From: a bacterium | Lineage (GTDB): Bacteria; Patescibacteriota; Patescibacteriia; HK-STAS-PATE-3 | Assembly (NCBI GenBank): GCA_043800725.1 | Contig: JAZDMR010000015.1 | Coordinates: 68,065-132,064, forward strand | DNA length: 64,000 nucleotides | Direction of reading: 5' to 3' | Part shown: one piece after another, positions 48,159-57,979 of the stretch | Position numbering within the stretch: the first letter of the stretch is position 1 | Layout: each line of letters starts with the position of its first letter | Notes under the pieces: generated by a model | The model's input: only the letters and a program-made list of their open reading frames with translations | What the model was told of the DNA's origin: nothing | The model's database searches: none | Made by a program: the position numbers and the translations under genes

Positions 48159-50015
48159 CTACTTCTCTTCCCAGCTAATCATAACGTATTGCCCGGTGGT
48201 TGGGAAAGAGGGCGGTGGTCCAAAAACCAAATTATCATCAAATATTAAATTACGAATAGCATAGCCGGTACCGTCAGTATAAGCCCAGCCATATCGGTTA
48301 TAGGTGGCAATCGAGCCGTATGATGTCAAGACCGACCTATTAACAAATTGGCCGCAATTATCAGGATTGTATCGATTGGCGTCTAAGTGGAAATCTCGAT
48401 AATAATAGCGACCAGCGCGTCCTTTTTGTGCGATAACCGCAGCGTCAATCCTTAGATCGTCTTCGCTATAAAATCCAGATGAAATATCCTCTTGAGCAAT
48501 TAGGCCAATTATATCAGATCCGTCATAGTTGGTATAAAGCAAATCATTATTGATAATTATTGTGGCATTGCCGCTGGCTAATGGTTCGCGGGCCGCTACT
48601 ACGGTTATTTGGGCAGTGTCAATTTGACCGTCTATCCATATTTCATCTTCAGCAAAAACAATTCCATTTGTTGGAAAGGGGACATTTAAAGAGCTGCCGC
48701 CTTCGTAAATAAAGCTAGTTTGATTGCCCACCGAATAAATATCGTTATAACTTGACCAACCTCCAATTCGATAACGGCAAATACTTTGACTGGTCACACG
48801 ATATAAATCCATCGTGTCATCAGTCTTTAAAACAATATGATAACCCTCGTCTCCGGAGGGAGGAAGATAAACTCCACTGGAGCTTTGGGCATCGGCTTTT
48901 ATTTGAGCCAAGTCAGCGGTAATGTTACCAAAATCAATCGGAGCAACTGGAAATTCCTTTCCGCCTAAAAAGACCGTATTGGGGTCTGGCTGATGAGTAT
49001 GAACGCAGTCTTCATTGGGACCTACGTGATCAGGATCATCATAAGTATTACAAGAACTGGTTATCAAACCATGAGCTACCCCGTCAAACCTGATTCCGTT
49101 ATTTGAATGGATATGACCATAAGACTCTGTACCAATCCCAAAACGCATAACACTATTGGCCACTACAGAATACTCTGAAAAAGACGGCTCACCAAATCTG
49201 GCCACGATAGTGCGTTTTAGATTAGGTTCGGAAATTAGGTATCCGGTGGAGCTGACCGTAGTGATAGTTGAACCAGAAGCAGGGGGAGTGACTGTTAAGC
49301 TGTAGTGACCCATGGTCTGACCATAAAAGTCTAAATAATCGTGAATAAACGGTCCTGAACCGGGAGCTGCAGAAACTGATATAGTATACATTGACAAAGC
49401 TCCGGAAGCTCCATCTGCTAAATTTCCACCCAAAGTAATTTGACCGGCTGAAAATTGAGCTTGCCAGACATGTAAAGGCGAAGCGCCGGAATCACTTACC
49501 GAAATAGTTAAACCAGTGTCTATAAAAGCACTGGTAAGCCAATCAGGAGGCGTACCCCTGTCATCGTAGCCAAGATAGACGTTTACTAATCGATTTGTTT
49601 CAAAAGTGAAGAAGTCAGTATTTGTTTGGTCATAGTCAGCTTGCTTGGTTTTTATCCAGAGTAAATCCGTCAATTCCTCAGGAATCAATGTCAGGGTATC
49701 TGTCGAATCAGTATAATATGTTTCAGAAATATCAAGATAAGCCTGCTGATAATCAGAAATAGAAAAATCATCAAGAATGACCAAGTCCCCGTCGGTATAA
49801 TCATCAGAATCATGAGTTAGGTGCCAGCGATAATAATTAATTCCTGCCTCGGCAATTGTAAAGACCTGTTCGCGATCAGTGGCACGCTTACTTAACCTTT
49901 TTTCAGCGTTGATTAAATAAAGAGCAGCAGTAAAAATTATCAGCATTAAGGAGCTGATGACAATTATAAAAAGTATTTCTACGCCCTGGTTATTTTTATA
50001 TAAACGTTTAAACAT
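48159..50015 (-). CDS. large pilus-associated protein with PilX-like N-terminal hydrophobic segment (hypothetical minor pilin / tip protein)
   Basis: 618 aa with an N-terminal TM (GVEILFIIVISSLMLIIFTAALYL) but no canonical G/FTLIE motif. Confidence 0.4.
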   Translation of the reverse strand: MFKRLYKNNQGVEILFIIVISSLMLIIFTAALYLINAEKRLSKRATDREQVFTIAEAGINYYRWHLTHDSDDYTDGDLVILDDFSISDYQQAYLDISETYYTDSTDTLTLIPEELTDLLWIKTKQADYDQTNTDFFTFETNRLVNVYLGYDDRGTPPDWLTSAFIDTGLTISVSDSGASPLHVWQAQFSAGQITLGGNLADGASGALSMYTISVSAAPGSGPFIHDYLDFYGQTMGHYSLTVTPPASGSTITTVSSTGYLISEPNLKRTIVARFGEPSFSEYSVVANSVMRFGIGTESYGHIHSNNGIRFDGVAHGLITSSCNTYDDPDHVGPNEDCVHTHQPDPNTVFLGGKEFPVAPIDFGNITADLAQIKADAQSSSGVYLPPSGDEGYHIVLKTDDTMDLYRVTSQSICRYRIGGWSSYNDIYSVGNQTSFIYEGGSSLNVPFPTNGIVFAEDEIWIDGQIDTAQITVVAAREPLASGNATIIINNDLLYTNYDGSDIIGLIAQEDISSGFYSEDDLRIDAAVIAQKGRAGRYYYRDFHLDANRYNPDNCGQFVNRSVLTSYGSIATYNRYGWAYTDGTGYAIRNLIFDDNLVFGPPPSFPTTGQYVMISWEEK

Positions 50016-50019
50016 ATAT

Positions 50020-50622
50020 CTATAAATTGTCCTTAAGATTTCTCAAAGTTGCCGATGATTCTATTACTACAGCTTCGAGTTTTTCCCCGGGGGTTTCGTC
50101 AATTGATACAAAAAAACCGACATGCCTAACCGATGTTGAGTTGACTGGCTGTATTAAGGGATTTTGTGTACCGGTGAATGTGCCGTCATAATAGGTAAAA
50201 GTTGGCGTAGCTCCATTGTCCACAAATTCAGTAATAATATTGGTTATTTCGTTTTCAGCAGGATAGTCAGCCGGCATACCCACGGGATCAATTATTCCCC
50301 GCCAAAGAGTTCCGCCCGATAGCCAATAGTGAACTCTTTCAACCCCGCTGTCGCTATCGATATTTGAATAAAAAGCTATTTCATTAGGACTAACAATTGC
50401 TAAAGAATATGCCCCATTATCGCCTGATTGCGCTTCACGAAATTCACCAATTAAACGTTCCAGAGCAAGTCTGGCGCGTGATAATACAGAGGTTTTGTCC
50501 TGAAGCTTAAAAAAGGATACATAGCTATTACTGACAAAAATCATCATAGCAACCAGGATAAAACTGAAAATGCCAATCGTGACAATCACTTCTATGATTG
50601 TAAATCCTCGTAATTTTGTCAT
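50020..50622 (-). CDS. prepilin-type N-terminal cleavage/methylation domain protein (minor pilin/pseudopilin)
   Basis: MTKLRGFTIIEVIVTIGIF is a class III signal (G|FTxIE). Start set at Met 50622 so that it abuts the upstream stop at 50624. Confidence 0.6.
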   Translation of the reverse strand: MTKLRGFTIIEVIVTIGIFSFILVAMMIFVSNSYVSFFKLQDKTSVLSRARLALERLIGEFREAQSGDNGAYSLAIVSPNEIAFYSNIDSDSGVERVHYWLSGGTLWRGIIDPVGMPADYPAENEITNIITEFVDNGATPTFTYYDGTFTGTQNPLIQPVNSTSVRHVGFFVSIDETPGEKLEAVVIESSATLRNLKDNL

Positions 50623-50623
50623 T

Positions 50624-52822
50624 TTAACTGGGTGATAATTCAACGTCATAAACAATGTCACCATTAACGTCAACCGAATCAATATATTCGTTATAGCCGT
50701 TACGATTTACTGTAATTTGATACGTGTCAGTATCCATAGGTCCAAAGAAAGTTTGTCCAGGAGGAACGCATCCAGCACTGTGGATTAATAAAATCTCGGA
50801 AATACTTGGAGTTACACTAGGGTCGGCCGTGGAAAAAGAAATCTGATATCTAATATATTGGTCATTAGTGTGACCGGCCCACAATGAATCACCGCTAACC
50901 GTATAATAAGTTCCCGAAGTGCCATCTGGTCCGACGAAATTCCAGGTTGCCTGATCAGTATTAGTGGCAATCTGCAATTTTATACTATCAGCACCGGTTT
51001 GAGCTGGCTGGCTAATTGGAGACCAAAGAGCGTTGTCAAAAGCGCTATTTGCACCAACATTCATAGTTGATGAGGTTAAAACGCCAGAAGCCCGATAAGC
51101 TGAATAATCATAATCAATCAAAATATCCAGCAACTCTGGGGAGGTATCTGCCAAGGTGGTTGACAGAGTGGCTCGCCAGCGCAGATCAGTACCGGTAATA
51201 ATAAAATTATGAGCTACTCCCGGAGTAACTGGTTCGAAATTAACTCCGCCATCGGCTGATAATTCATAAATTATTGTTTGGTCATTTAGGTTTTCTACAG
51301 CTGATAAAGTAGCTTCAGAAATTTCTCCCTGTTCAGGATTAATTCGCAAAGATTGAACAACAGATGGTGATTGATACTCATCCAAGTCAAATACTAGCTT
51401 TACCTCACCATTCGCAGTGTTCCAGTCAGCAGTAGTCTCAGCAAAGTCTTGATAAATACTTGTGTTAAAGGTTTCCGACAAGCTTGAATTTAATAAGTCC
51501 TGTAAAAGTTTTATTTCGCCCGCTTGAGTAATATCCAGATTGCCATCCTGGGAGAAAAACATTGTTGTGTCTGTATAGTCAATCTGACCTGAGCCGCCTG
51601 ACCAATCAGTCTGGGATAAAGTACCTTGGCCGGTTGATTTTGTTTCATCGTAGTCAACGCCGTCTTCTACGCGCACGGTCGCATCAGAAAGAGGCGTAAG
51701 AGTGCCTGAATCTCTTACTGAAATAAGCAAGGTATTGTCTTGGTTAGGCAGTAAATGCACGTAAACAGTTTGATTGCTGGCTGGCAGGATATTATATGGC
51801 TGATTTATCGTGGTGCCCGAAACATCATATCCTTCGGAAGGGTCAACAGTCTGGGAATAAATATCCCAGCGCAAATCATTGAGTATTATTTGTCCTGATC
51901 CGTCAGTGGTGTGAGCTTGATTATAGCGATAAACATCTGGCTCAGTGCCATCAAGCCATGACCCTTGCAAAGTCAATTCAATGTTTGGTATGGCCGTGCA
52001 AGTATTATCAACCGTCAGAAGAGTAAGTTCAGCTGTTTGATCGATAAAAAAGGCTAGACTAGTAACATCACTGGCCATCACAGAAGTGTCTGGACGAGTT
52101 GGATTAGGGTTATTAATATCAGGAGTTACGGTAAAATCATCACTATAGCCGATTTTTGATATCTCGATATGATAAGTGTCCAAGGCCGGCGGCAGAGATG
52201 ATAAAATTAAATTACCATCATTATCAGTAAAACTTATTATGTCAATAACTGGCGTAGTAGTTGAATTGGTAACATGCACATCTGCCTGGCCCACGGGAAA
52301 ACCTTCTGCATCAATAGTTCGAATATGCAGAGAGCCAGTACCGTCATCACCTTCAACGCCCGGAGGTACAAAATTTGAAGATAGACTAACTGGAGTATTA
52401 CAAGGATAATGGCTCCAGCATACCCTGATATCAATTAGCTTATAATCACCCGGATGAGTGTCTAATGGTTTGCTGGGAATTGAGCCAAAAGCATTGCCAT
52501 CAAATGGGTCATCAATATATTTTGGTAAGATGGTAATCGTAAATGTCTGACCATTTCTTGTAATGCTGCGGGTATCTTCCAAAACTCCCTGAGGCCAGCC
52601 CATAAGCGTTCCAATATCGTCATAAGGCAGATTTCTTACAATTTCCATTTGTTCATTGGCAATTGATATTGCAGTAACCCTAACTCGAGCAACGCCGATC
52701 GCCTGAAGTCCTGAATAATAAAGGCCCAAAGCAGCACCAATAACAATAATTAGCAGGCTTAAGCCCACCAAGGTTTCAATTAAAGTTAGACCAGAATTAT
52801 TTTTATTGATCCCCCCGAACAT
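50624..52822 (-). CDS. very large (732 aa) prepilin-signal protein (pilin-like adhesin / minor pilin)
   Basis: N-terminal NNSGLTLIETLVGLSLLIIV has the prepilin peptidase motif. The remainder is a Thr/Ser/Asp-rich extracellular domain. Confidence 0.6.
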   Translation of the reverse strand: MFGGINKNNSGLTLIETLVGLSLLIIVIGAALGLYYSGLQAIGVARVRVTAISIANEQMEIVRNLPYDDIGTLMGWPQGVLEDTRSITRNGQTFTITILPKYIDDPFDGNAFGSIPSKPLDTHPGDYKLIDIRVCWSHYPCNTPVSLSSNFVPPGVEGDDGTGSLHIRTIDAEGFPVGQADVHVTNSTTTPVIDIISFTDNDGNLILSSLPPALDTYHIEISKIGYSDDFTVTPDINNPNPTRPDTSVMASDVTSLAFFIDQTAELTLLTVDNTCTAIPNIELTLQGSWLDGTEPDVYRYNQAHTTDGSGQIILNDLRWDIYSQTVDPSEGYDVSGTTINQPYNILPASNQTVYVHLLPNQDNTLLISVRDSGTLTPLSDATVRVEDGVDYDETKSTGQGTLSQTDWSGGSGQIDYTDTTMFFSQDGNLDITQAGEIKLLQDLLNSSLSETFNTSIYQDFAETTADWNTANGEVKLVFDLDEYQSPSVVQSLRINPEQGEISEATLSAVENLNDQTIIYELSADGGVNFEPVTPGVAHNFIITGTDLRWRATLSTTLADTSPELLDILIDYDYSAYRASGVLTSSTMNVGANSAFDNALWSPISQPAQTGADSIKLQIATNTDQATWNFVGPDGTSGTYYTVSGDSLWAGHTNDQYIRYQISFSTADPSVTPSISEILLIHSAGCVPPGQTFFGPMDTDTYQITVNRNGYNEYIDSVDVNGDIVYDVELSPS

Positions 52823-52825
52823 TTG

Positions 52826-54028
52826 TTAAATTGCGTCGCTCAATGAATAAATTGGCATAATAATTGCCACCGCCATAAGACCGACTGCTCCTCCAAGTAA
52901 TAGCATTAAAACTGGTTCTACAATTGTGGATAAATTGCTCATGGTATTGTCTACCTCTTCTTCATAAAAGATGGCGATTTCAGCGGAAATACTGTCTAAG
53001 CTGCCGCTTTTTTCGCCTACTGAAACCATCTGCAAGAGTAAGGGCGGGAATAATTTTGGTTGTTTGGATAAAACCTTTGAAATAGTTGAACCGGTTTTAA
53101 GTTCTTCAGCAGCCTTTTCCATTGTGGTTCGATACAAGCTATTACTCATGGTTTTTGAAATAATTTGAAAACTCTCTACGATATGGATATCAGTTTCTAA
53201 AAGTGATGAAAGAGTTCTGGTAAAACGGGCAAGATTAATTTTTTTTATAATTGTTCCGGCAATCGGAGTTACTAGTGTTAATTTATCGATTGATCGGTGA
53301 ACTTTGGGATTTTTTAGTAGCCTAACAAAGACAATGGCCAGTAAAACAACCACTACGGCCAATATGTATCCATAATTAATCAATAAATCACTGAAGCCTA
53401 TTAATATTTTTGTAAGCAGGGGAAGCTCGACTTTAGATTCTGTAAAAACAGTCACCAGATTGGGAATTACAAATATCGTTACGGCTATGCCGATGCCAAC
53501 CATGGATATTAAGACAATTATCGGATAAGTCAGGGCATTTTTAACCTTAGCAATTAACTGATGGTCTTTTTTTAGCTGGATAGACAATCGTTTGAGGACT
53601 TCATCAAGCTTACCGCTGGCCTCTCCGGCAGCAATCATACTGACGAATATTTCACTAAAAATGTCAGCATGTTTTTCCAATGAGCTGGAAAAAGTTTTAC
53701 CTGATTTGACGTCTTCGGTGACTTCTTCAATAACTTGCTTAAATCGTTTGCCCTTAACCTGTTGAGACATTGTTTCCAGGGCTAAACTTAATGAAAAACC
53801 GGTTCGGACCATTACCTCTAGATTCTGGGTGAAAAACAATTTCTGTACCAGCGATACTCTGTTAAAAATATGATCAAATATGGAAGCCTTGCTTTGCAGA
53901 GAGGCTAGCGTGATTGAGCTAAAACCATCATGTTCCAATTTATCTTTTGCGGCTTTTTCCGAGATAGCCGTTATTGAACCTGACTTATGGTTGTCGCCTT
54001 TATTACCATGATATTTAAATAGTGGCAT
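52826..54028 (-). CDS. pilC: type IV pilus inner-membrane platform protein PilC (GspF family)
   Basis: 400 aa with two GspF repeats and three TM helices. Confidence 0.8.
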   Translation of the reverse strand: MPLFKYHGNKGDNHKSGSITAISEKAAKDKLEHDGFSSITLASLQSKASIFDHIFNRVSLVQKLFFTQNLEVMVRTGFSLSLALETMSQQVKGKRFKQVIEEVTEDVKSGKTFSSSLEKHADIFSEIFVSMIAAGEASGKLDEVLKRLSIQLKKDHQLIAKVKNALTYPIIVLISMVGIGIAVTIFVIPNLVTVFTESKVELPLLTKILIGFSDLLINYGYILAVVVVLLAIVFVRLLKNPKVHRSIDKLTLVTPIAGTIIKKINLARFTRTLSSLLETDIHIVESFQIISKTMSNSLYRTTMEKAAEELKTGSTISKVLSKQPKLFPPLLLQMVSVGEKSGSLDSISAEIAIFYEEEVDNTMSNLSTIVEPVLMLLLGGAVGLMAVAIIMPIYSLSDAI

Positions 54029-55756
54029 TTATTCTTTTGTTACCCTAAGTATTTCTTCAATGGTTGTTAAGCCCATTTTTGCTTTAATAAAACCGTCCTG
54101 AATCATTATCAGCATCCCATCTTTAATGGCCTGGGCCTGTATTTCATCAGAAGTGGCTTTTTCCATAATTAGCTTGGCTATTGGTTCAGTGATATCCAAT
54201 ACTTCATAAATTCCAATACGACCCTTATATCCCTCTGAATTGCACTGTTTACATCCCTTGCCACGATAAAAAAGCAATTCATCGATTGATTGTTTGGAAG
54301 ATAAAATAATACCCTCTCGCTCGAGAGCTTCAAGGATGAACTGCACATTGATCTGTTTTTCCAGTTCCAAAATAGCTTTTTTTGATAATAGGTAACTTTC
54401 AATGCAATTAGGGCAGATTTTTCTGACTAAACGCTGGGCGATAACAATATTAGTGGTAGAAGCGATTAAAAAAGTCGGAACCTGCATTTCTGTTAAACGG
54501 GGCAAGGCGGTTACCGCGTTGTTGGTATGCAAAGTTGATAATACCAGGTGGCCGGTCAGAGCAGCTTGAGTAGCCATATTAGCGGTTTCATTATCACGAA
54601 TTTCACCTACCATGATTATATTGGGATCTTGTCTTAATAAAGATCTTAAGCCATTAGCGAAAGACAAGCCGATTTTAGGATTGACCTGTGTTTGATTGAT
54701 TCTGGGTATGCGATATTCGATAGGATCTTCTACGGTGGAGATATTTACCTTGGCAGTGTTGAGAATGCTCAAGATCGTATAAAGAGTTGTTGTTTTGCCT
54801 GAACCGGTAGGGCCTGTGACCAAAATCATGCCATGGGGTTTTTTTACATTGCGCTGCAAACTTTCCAGGGAGCTAGGCTGTAATCCAAGCTGCTGAAGAG
54901 TTAGAACTTGGGCTGATTCCTGAAGAAGGCGCAGAACAACCTTTTCACCGTCATACACAGGTAAGATAGAAACGCGAAATGATACCTTGTGTTCTTCAGT
55001 GTTAATTTTAAACCGGCCGTCTTGAGGTAATCTGTGCTCGTCAATTTTTAGATCAGAGAGTATCTTTATGCGGGCGATAACTCCCGTATGGATTGATTTT
55101 GGCAAAGACATGACATCTCGCAAAATTCCGTCAATCCGATAGCGCACAACAGTATCGTGCTCAGTCGGTTCAATGTGAATATCAGAAGCGCCTTCATAAA
55201 TGGCATATTCCAATAAAGTATCAACAATCCTGACAACCGGCAGGTCTTCAGCCAGCTCTTTTAAGTCTTTCTTTTTTGAAATAGAAGAATCATCAACTTT
55301 AGCAATATCTTTAAATTCGGCTTTTAAGCCCCTATGATATTGCTTTAAAACCTCGCTAATACTTGAAGGAGTAGTCAGTGACAGATCTATTTTTAAGCCA
55401 GTGCGTCTTTTAATAAACTCAAGTATCTGAAGATCGCTCGGATCAAGAGTAACCAGTTTTAAAATGTCGTCTACTTTATCATAAGCTACGATATTATGGA
55501 CTTGGACAACCGGTTCGGGAATATACTGTAAAATATCTCGACGGATGACTTGATTTTTTAGATTAATAAAGGGCAAACCATAAAATTTAGCCAGTCCTTC
55601 AAAAAGGATTGACTCAGAAACAAGATTGGATTCAATAAGATAATCATCCAAAGGCTGGTTTTTGTTCCGAGCATCCAAAGCCGCCTTATCAATCTGTTCT
55701 TCGCTTAGGAGCTTGCCTTGTAAGATTATCTCCTTAAGTTTTTTTTCGTTTATCAT
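54029..55756 (-). CDS. pilB: type IV pilus assembly ATPase PilB (GspE family)
   Basis: Walker A VTGPTGSGKTTTLY, a tetracysteine motif (CPNC...CKQC), and an N-terminal GspII-like domain. Confidence 0.85.
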   Translation of the reverse strand: MINEKKLKEIILQGKLLSEEQIDKAALDARNKNQPLDDYLIESNLVSESILFEGLAKFYGLPFINLKNQVIRRDILQYIPEPVVQVHNIVAYDKVDDILKLVTLDPSDLQILEFIKRRTGLKIDLSLTTPSSISEVLKQYHRGLKAEFKDIAKVDDSSISKKKDLKELAEDLPVVRIVDTLLEYAIYEGASDIHIEPTEHDTVVRYRIDGILRDVMSLPKSIHTGVIARIKILSDLKIDEHRLPQDGRFKINTEEHKVSFRVSILPVYDGEKVVLRLLQESAQVLTLQQLGLQPSSLESLQRNVKKPHGMILVTGPTGSGKTTTLYTILSILNTAKVNISTVEDPIEYRIPRINQTQVNPKIGLSFANGLRSLLRQDPNIIMVGEIRDNETANMATQAALTGHLVLSTLHTNNAVTALPRLTEMQVPTFLIASTTNIVIAQRLVRKICPNCIESYLLSKKAILELEKQINVQFILEALEREGIILSSKQSIDELLFYRGKGCKQCNSEGYKGRIGIYEVLDITEPIAKLIMEKATSDEIQAQAIKDGMLIMIQDGFIKAKMGLTTIEEILRVTKE

Positions 55757-55810
55757 CCCCCAAAAATTACAAAAATATTATAACAGACAACCAATAAAAC
55801 GTAAAGGTAA

Positions 55811-57664
55811 TTATGGGAGATGATAAACCATTATTGAGCCGCGCAATTTAGCAACAGGCTGATATTTTTTAAGCCATCCATAATCAAGATTAGGATCAAA
55901 TAACGCGCTAATGCTGATTGCCACTATTCCGCTTGGTGTACCATAAATTTTAACTTCTTGAGTTGAAGGAAGATGCTTAAATTCCATATTCATGGCCGAT
56001 AAATCACCGGAGAAAAAAAATGCTCCATAAACATTATCAAGATTATTTTCAGCTAAATAGTCACGAAGCTCATAAAAGCCCTGTCCCCAGTCCAAATTTG
56101 AATCCAGAAGATAAAGCGGCCCGTTTTTTGAGCCGCCTACTGATTCAGAAAAATATGACATATGGTTGGGATAGGTTATTAAAGAAACAAGCAATGTTAT
56201 GGCGATAAAAAAAGAAATTATAATCTTACCAAATCTGATTATCAGCAAATTTTTAAAAGCTACGGCGATAAAAAGATAAATAAAAGGAAAAACTGGTAAA
56301 AGATGTCTTACACCAAGATTGATATGACTGAATAAGCTAGATACAAAATATATTAAAGGAGGAAGAATCAACAAATAAATCCAAAAAGGGGCATGAGCGA
56401 GTTTTTGATTTACGACTTCGAATTTGTTTTTTAATTTTTGACCGGATATTTCTATTAGGCACTTAAAAAAAGCCAAAAAAGAAATTAGTAGGGTTAATCC
56501 AAACAAGATAATTATTGATAAAGGAGTTTTAACTAAAAAAGCCACTGGAAAATAATACCACCAACCCATATTTGACGATTGGCCAAGAAGATAGGTTCCG
56601 TGGCCATAATAATTATGAATAGCCAGCTCAACTATCCCATTGAAGTAATGCAGAGCCGGAATAGGAAAGGTCTCTGACAGCGCCTTAATAATTACTCCTG
56701 GTTGATTGGCCGGTTCTAGTACTCGATTCCAAAAAGGAATTTGTGAAACGGCATCAGCGTAGCCAATCATGCCGGGATTTCTATTGAGGTTATTATAAAA
56801 GTTTTGCACGTCGGCCAGTTCAGAAGCCGGCTTGAGCTCAAAACCGTATGCCAGCCAAATTATCAGACTAGAAACTATAAGAAGTATGCTAAAAGTAATT
56901 AGAAAGCTTTTTAGCGAAATATTTTGGTTTGAAGTTTTATGGTTATCTTGCCACCAATAAATTAAATAAAGCAGTATTAATATCGGCCAGAGAATAAGAG
57001 CTGAAAATTTCGTAATTTGGGCAAGGCTGAAGATTAGCGCAAACTTTAAAAAATTTCTTTTATTTGGTTTAAGCAAGTATTCCCAAAATAGAAAGATTGT
57101 TAAAATATAAAATAGTCCCAAGGCCAGATCGGTGGTTATTAAGCGACCGTGTGCCAGGATTACAGGATCGAGAGAGAGCATGAGGGAGGATAAAAGGGCC
57201 GGCCATGTGCCGAATATCTTGCGAGCCCAGATGAAAACAATTAGGATTAATAGCGCGGTTAAGATGATTATTGGCAATCGACCTAGGAAAATTAGCGTTC
57301 TATCAGACTGCGTGTTATGGTATAAAAACTGACGAGCAAATTCCCACTGGTTCCCGTCCTGCCAGCTAGGATGATAAGAAGGGAAGTTGAGATTAAGAAA
57401 AAGTAAAGGCGCACTGGATAATAATTTAATTAACGGGGGGTGCTCGGGATTGAGATCGATTTGACCATTTATCCAATATGAATATCCGCTGGCCAAATGA
57501 GTGCCTTCATCAATTGTTTGTGAATCGCCCCAGGCAGCTGAAATTTGCACTATTAAAAAAAGTGCGATAGTACTGACTAAAATAAATTTCTGTAATAAAC
57601 TCATAATATATGCCCAACGAGGAAGCGGCGGTACAGCATAAGGGGAATTTTTGGAAGAAATCAT
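55811..57664 (-). CDS. GT-C membrane glycosyltransferase, PMT/ArnT family (GT39/GT83-like)
   Basis: The first loop DSQTIDEGTHLASGYSYWINGQIDLNPEHPPLIKLL carries the DE motif and EHPPL.KLL signature of PMT/ArnT enzymes. More than 12 TM helices. Confidence 0.6.
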   Translation of the reverse strand: MISSKNSPYAVPPLPRWAYIMSLLQKFILVSTIALFLIVQISAAWGDSQTIDEGTHLASGYSYWINGQIDLNPEHPPLIKLLSSAPLLFLNLNFPSYHPSWQDGNQWEFARQFLYHNTQSDRTLIFLGRLPIIILTALLILIVFIWARKIFGTWPALLSSLMLSLDPVILAHGRLITTDLALGLFYILTIFLFWEYLLKPNKRNFLKFALIFSLAQITKFSALILWPILILLYLIYWWQDNHKTSNQNISLKSFLITFSILLIVSSLIIWLAYGFELKPASELADVQNFYNNLNRNPGMIGYADAVSQIPFWNRVLEPANQPGVIIKALSETFPIPALHYFNGIVELAIHNYYGHGTYLLGQSSNMGWWYYFPVAFLVKTPLSIIILFGLTLLISFLAFFKCLIEISGQKLKNKFEVVNQKLAHAPFWIYLLILPPLIYFVSSLFSHINLGVRHLLPVFPFIYLFIAVAFKNLLIIRFGKIIISFFIAITLLVSLITYPNHMSYFSESVGGSKNGPLYLLDSNLDWGQGFYELRDYLAENNLDNVYGAFFFSGDLSAMNMEFKHLPSTQEVKIYGTPSGIVAISISALFDPNLDYGWLKKYQPVAKLRGSIMVYHLP

Positions 57665-57978
57665 CGAATTTCTTCTATATCGTGATTGCTTTTTTTATTA
57701 ATAGCCTGATTTGGCTGGCTATTTGGTATTATGCGGGAAACAAAGGCGATTTTTTACCTCTGCATTATAACACTCAACTAGGCATCGATAGAATCGGTCC
57801 TTGGTATGAACTGTTTTACATGCCCGGCGCAGGATTATTATTTATTATTGTAAATTATTTATTAGCTTGGCGAAGCTGGAAAGAAACCGCCTTATCAGAT
57901 ATTCTATTAATAGGCACAATAATTATTCAGTTAATTATCGGAATCGCCGTGGCTTTCATTATATATCAATTTTTATAG
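57610..57978 (+). CDS. small 3-TM membrane protein (hypothetical)
   Basis: 122 aa upstream of mraY. Its 5' end overlaps the divergent gene start, so the exact start is uncertain. Confidence 0.35.
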   Translation: MPNEEAAVQHKGNFWKKSSNFFYIVIAFFINSLIWLAIWYYAGNKGDFLPLHYNTQLGIDRIGPWYELFYMPGAGLLFIIVNYLLAWRSWKETALSDILLIGTIIIQLIIGIAVAFIIYQFL

Positions 57979-57979
57979 A

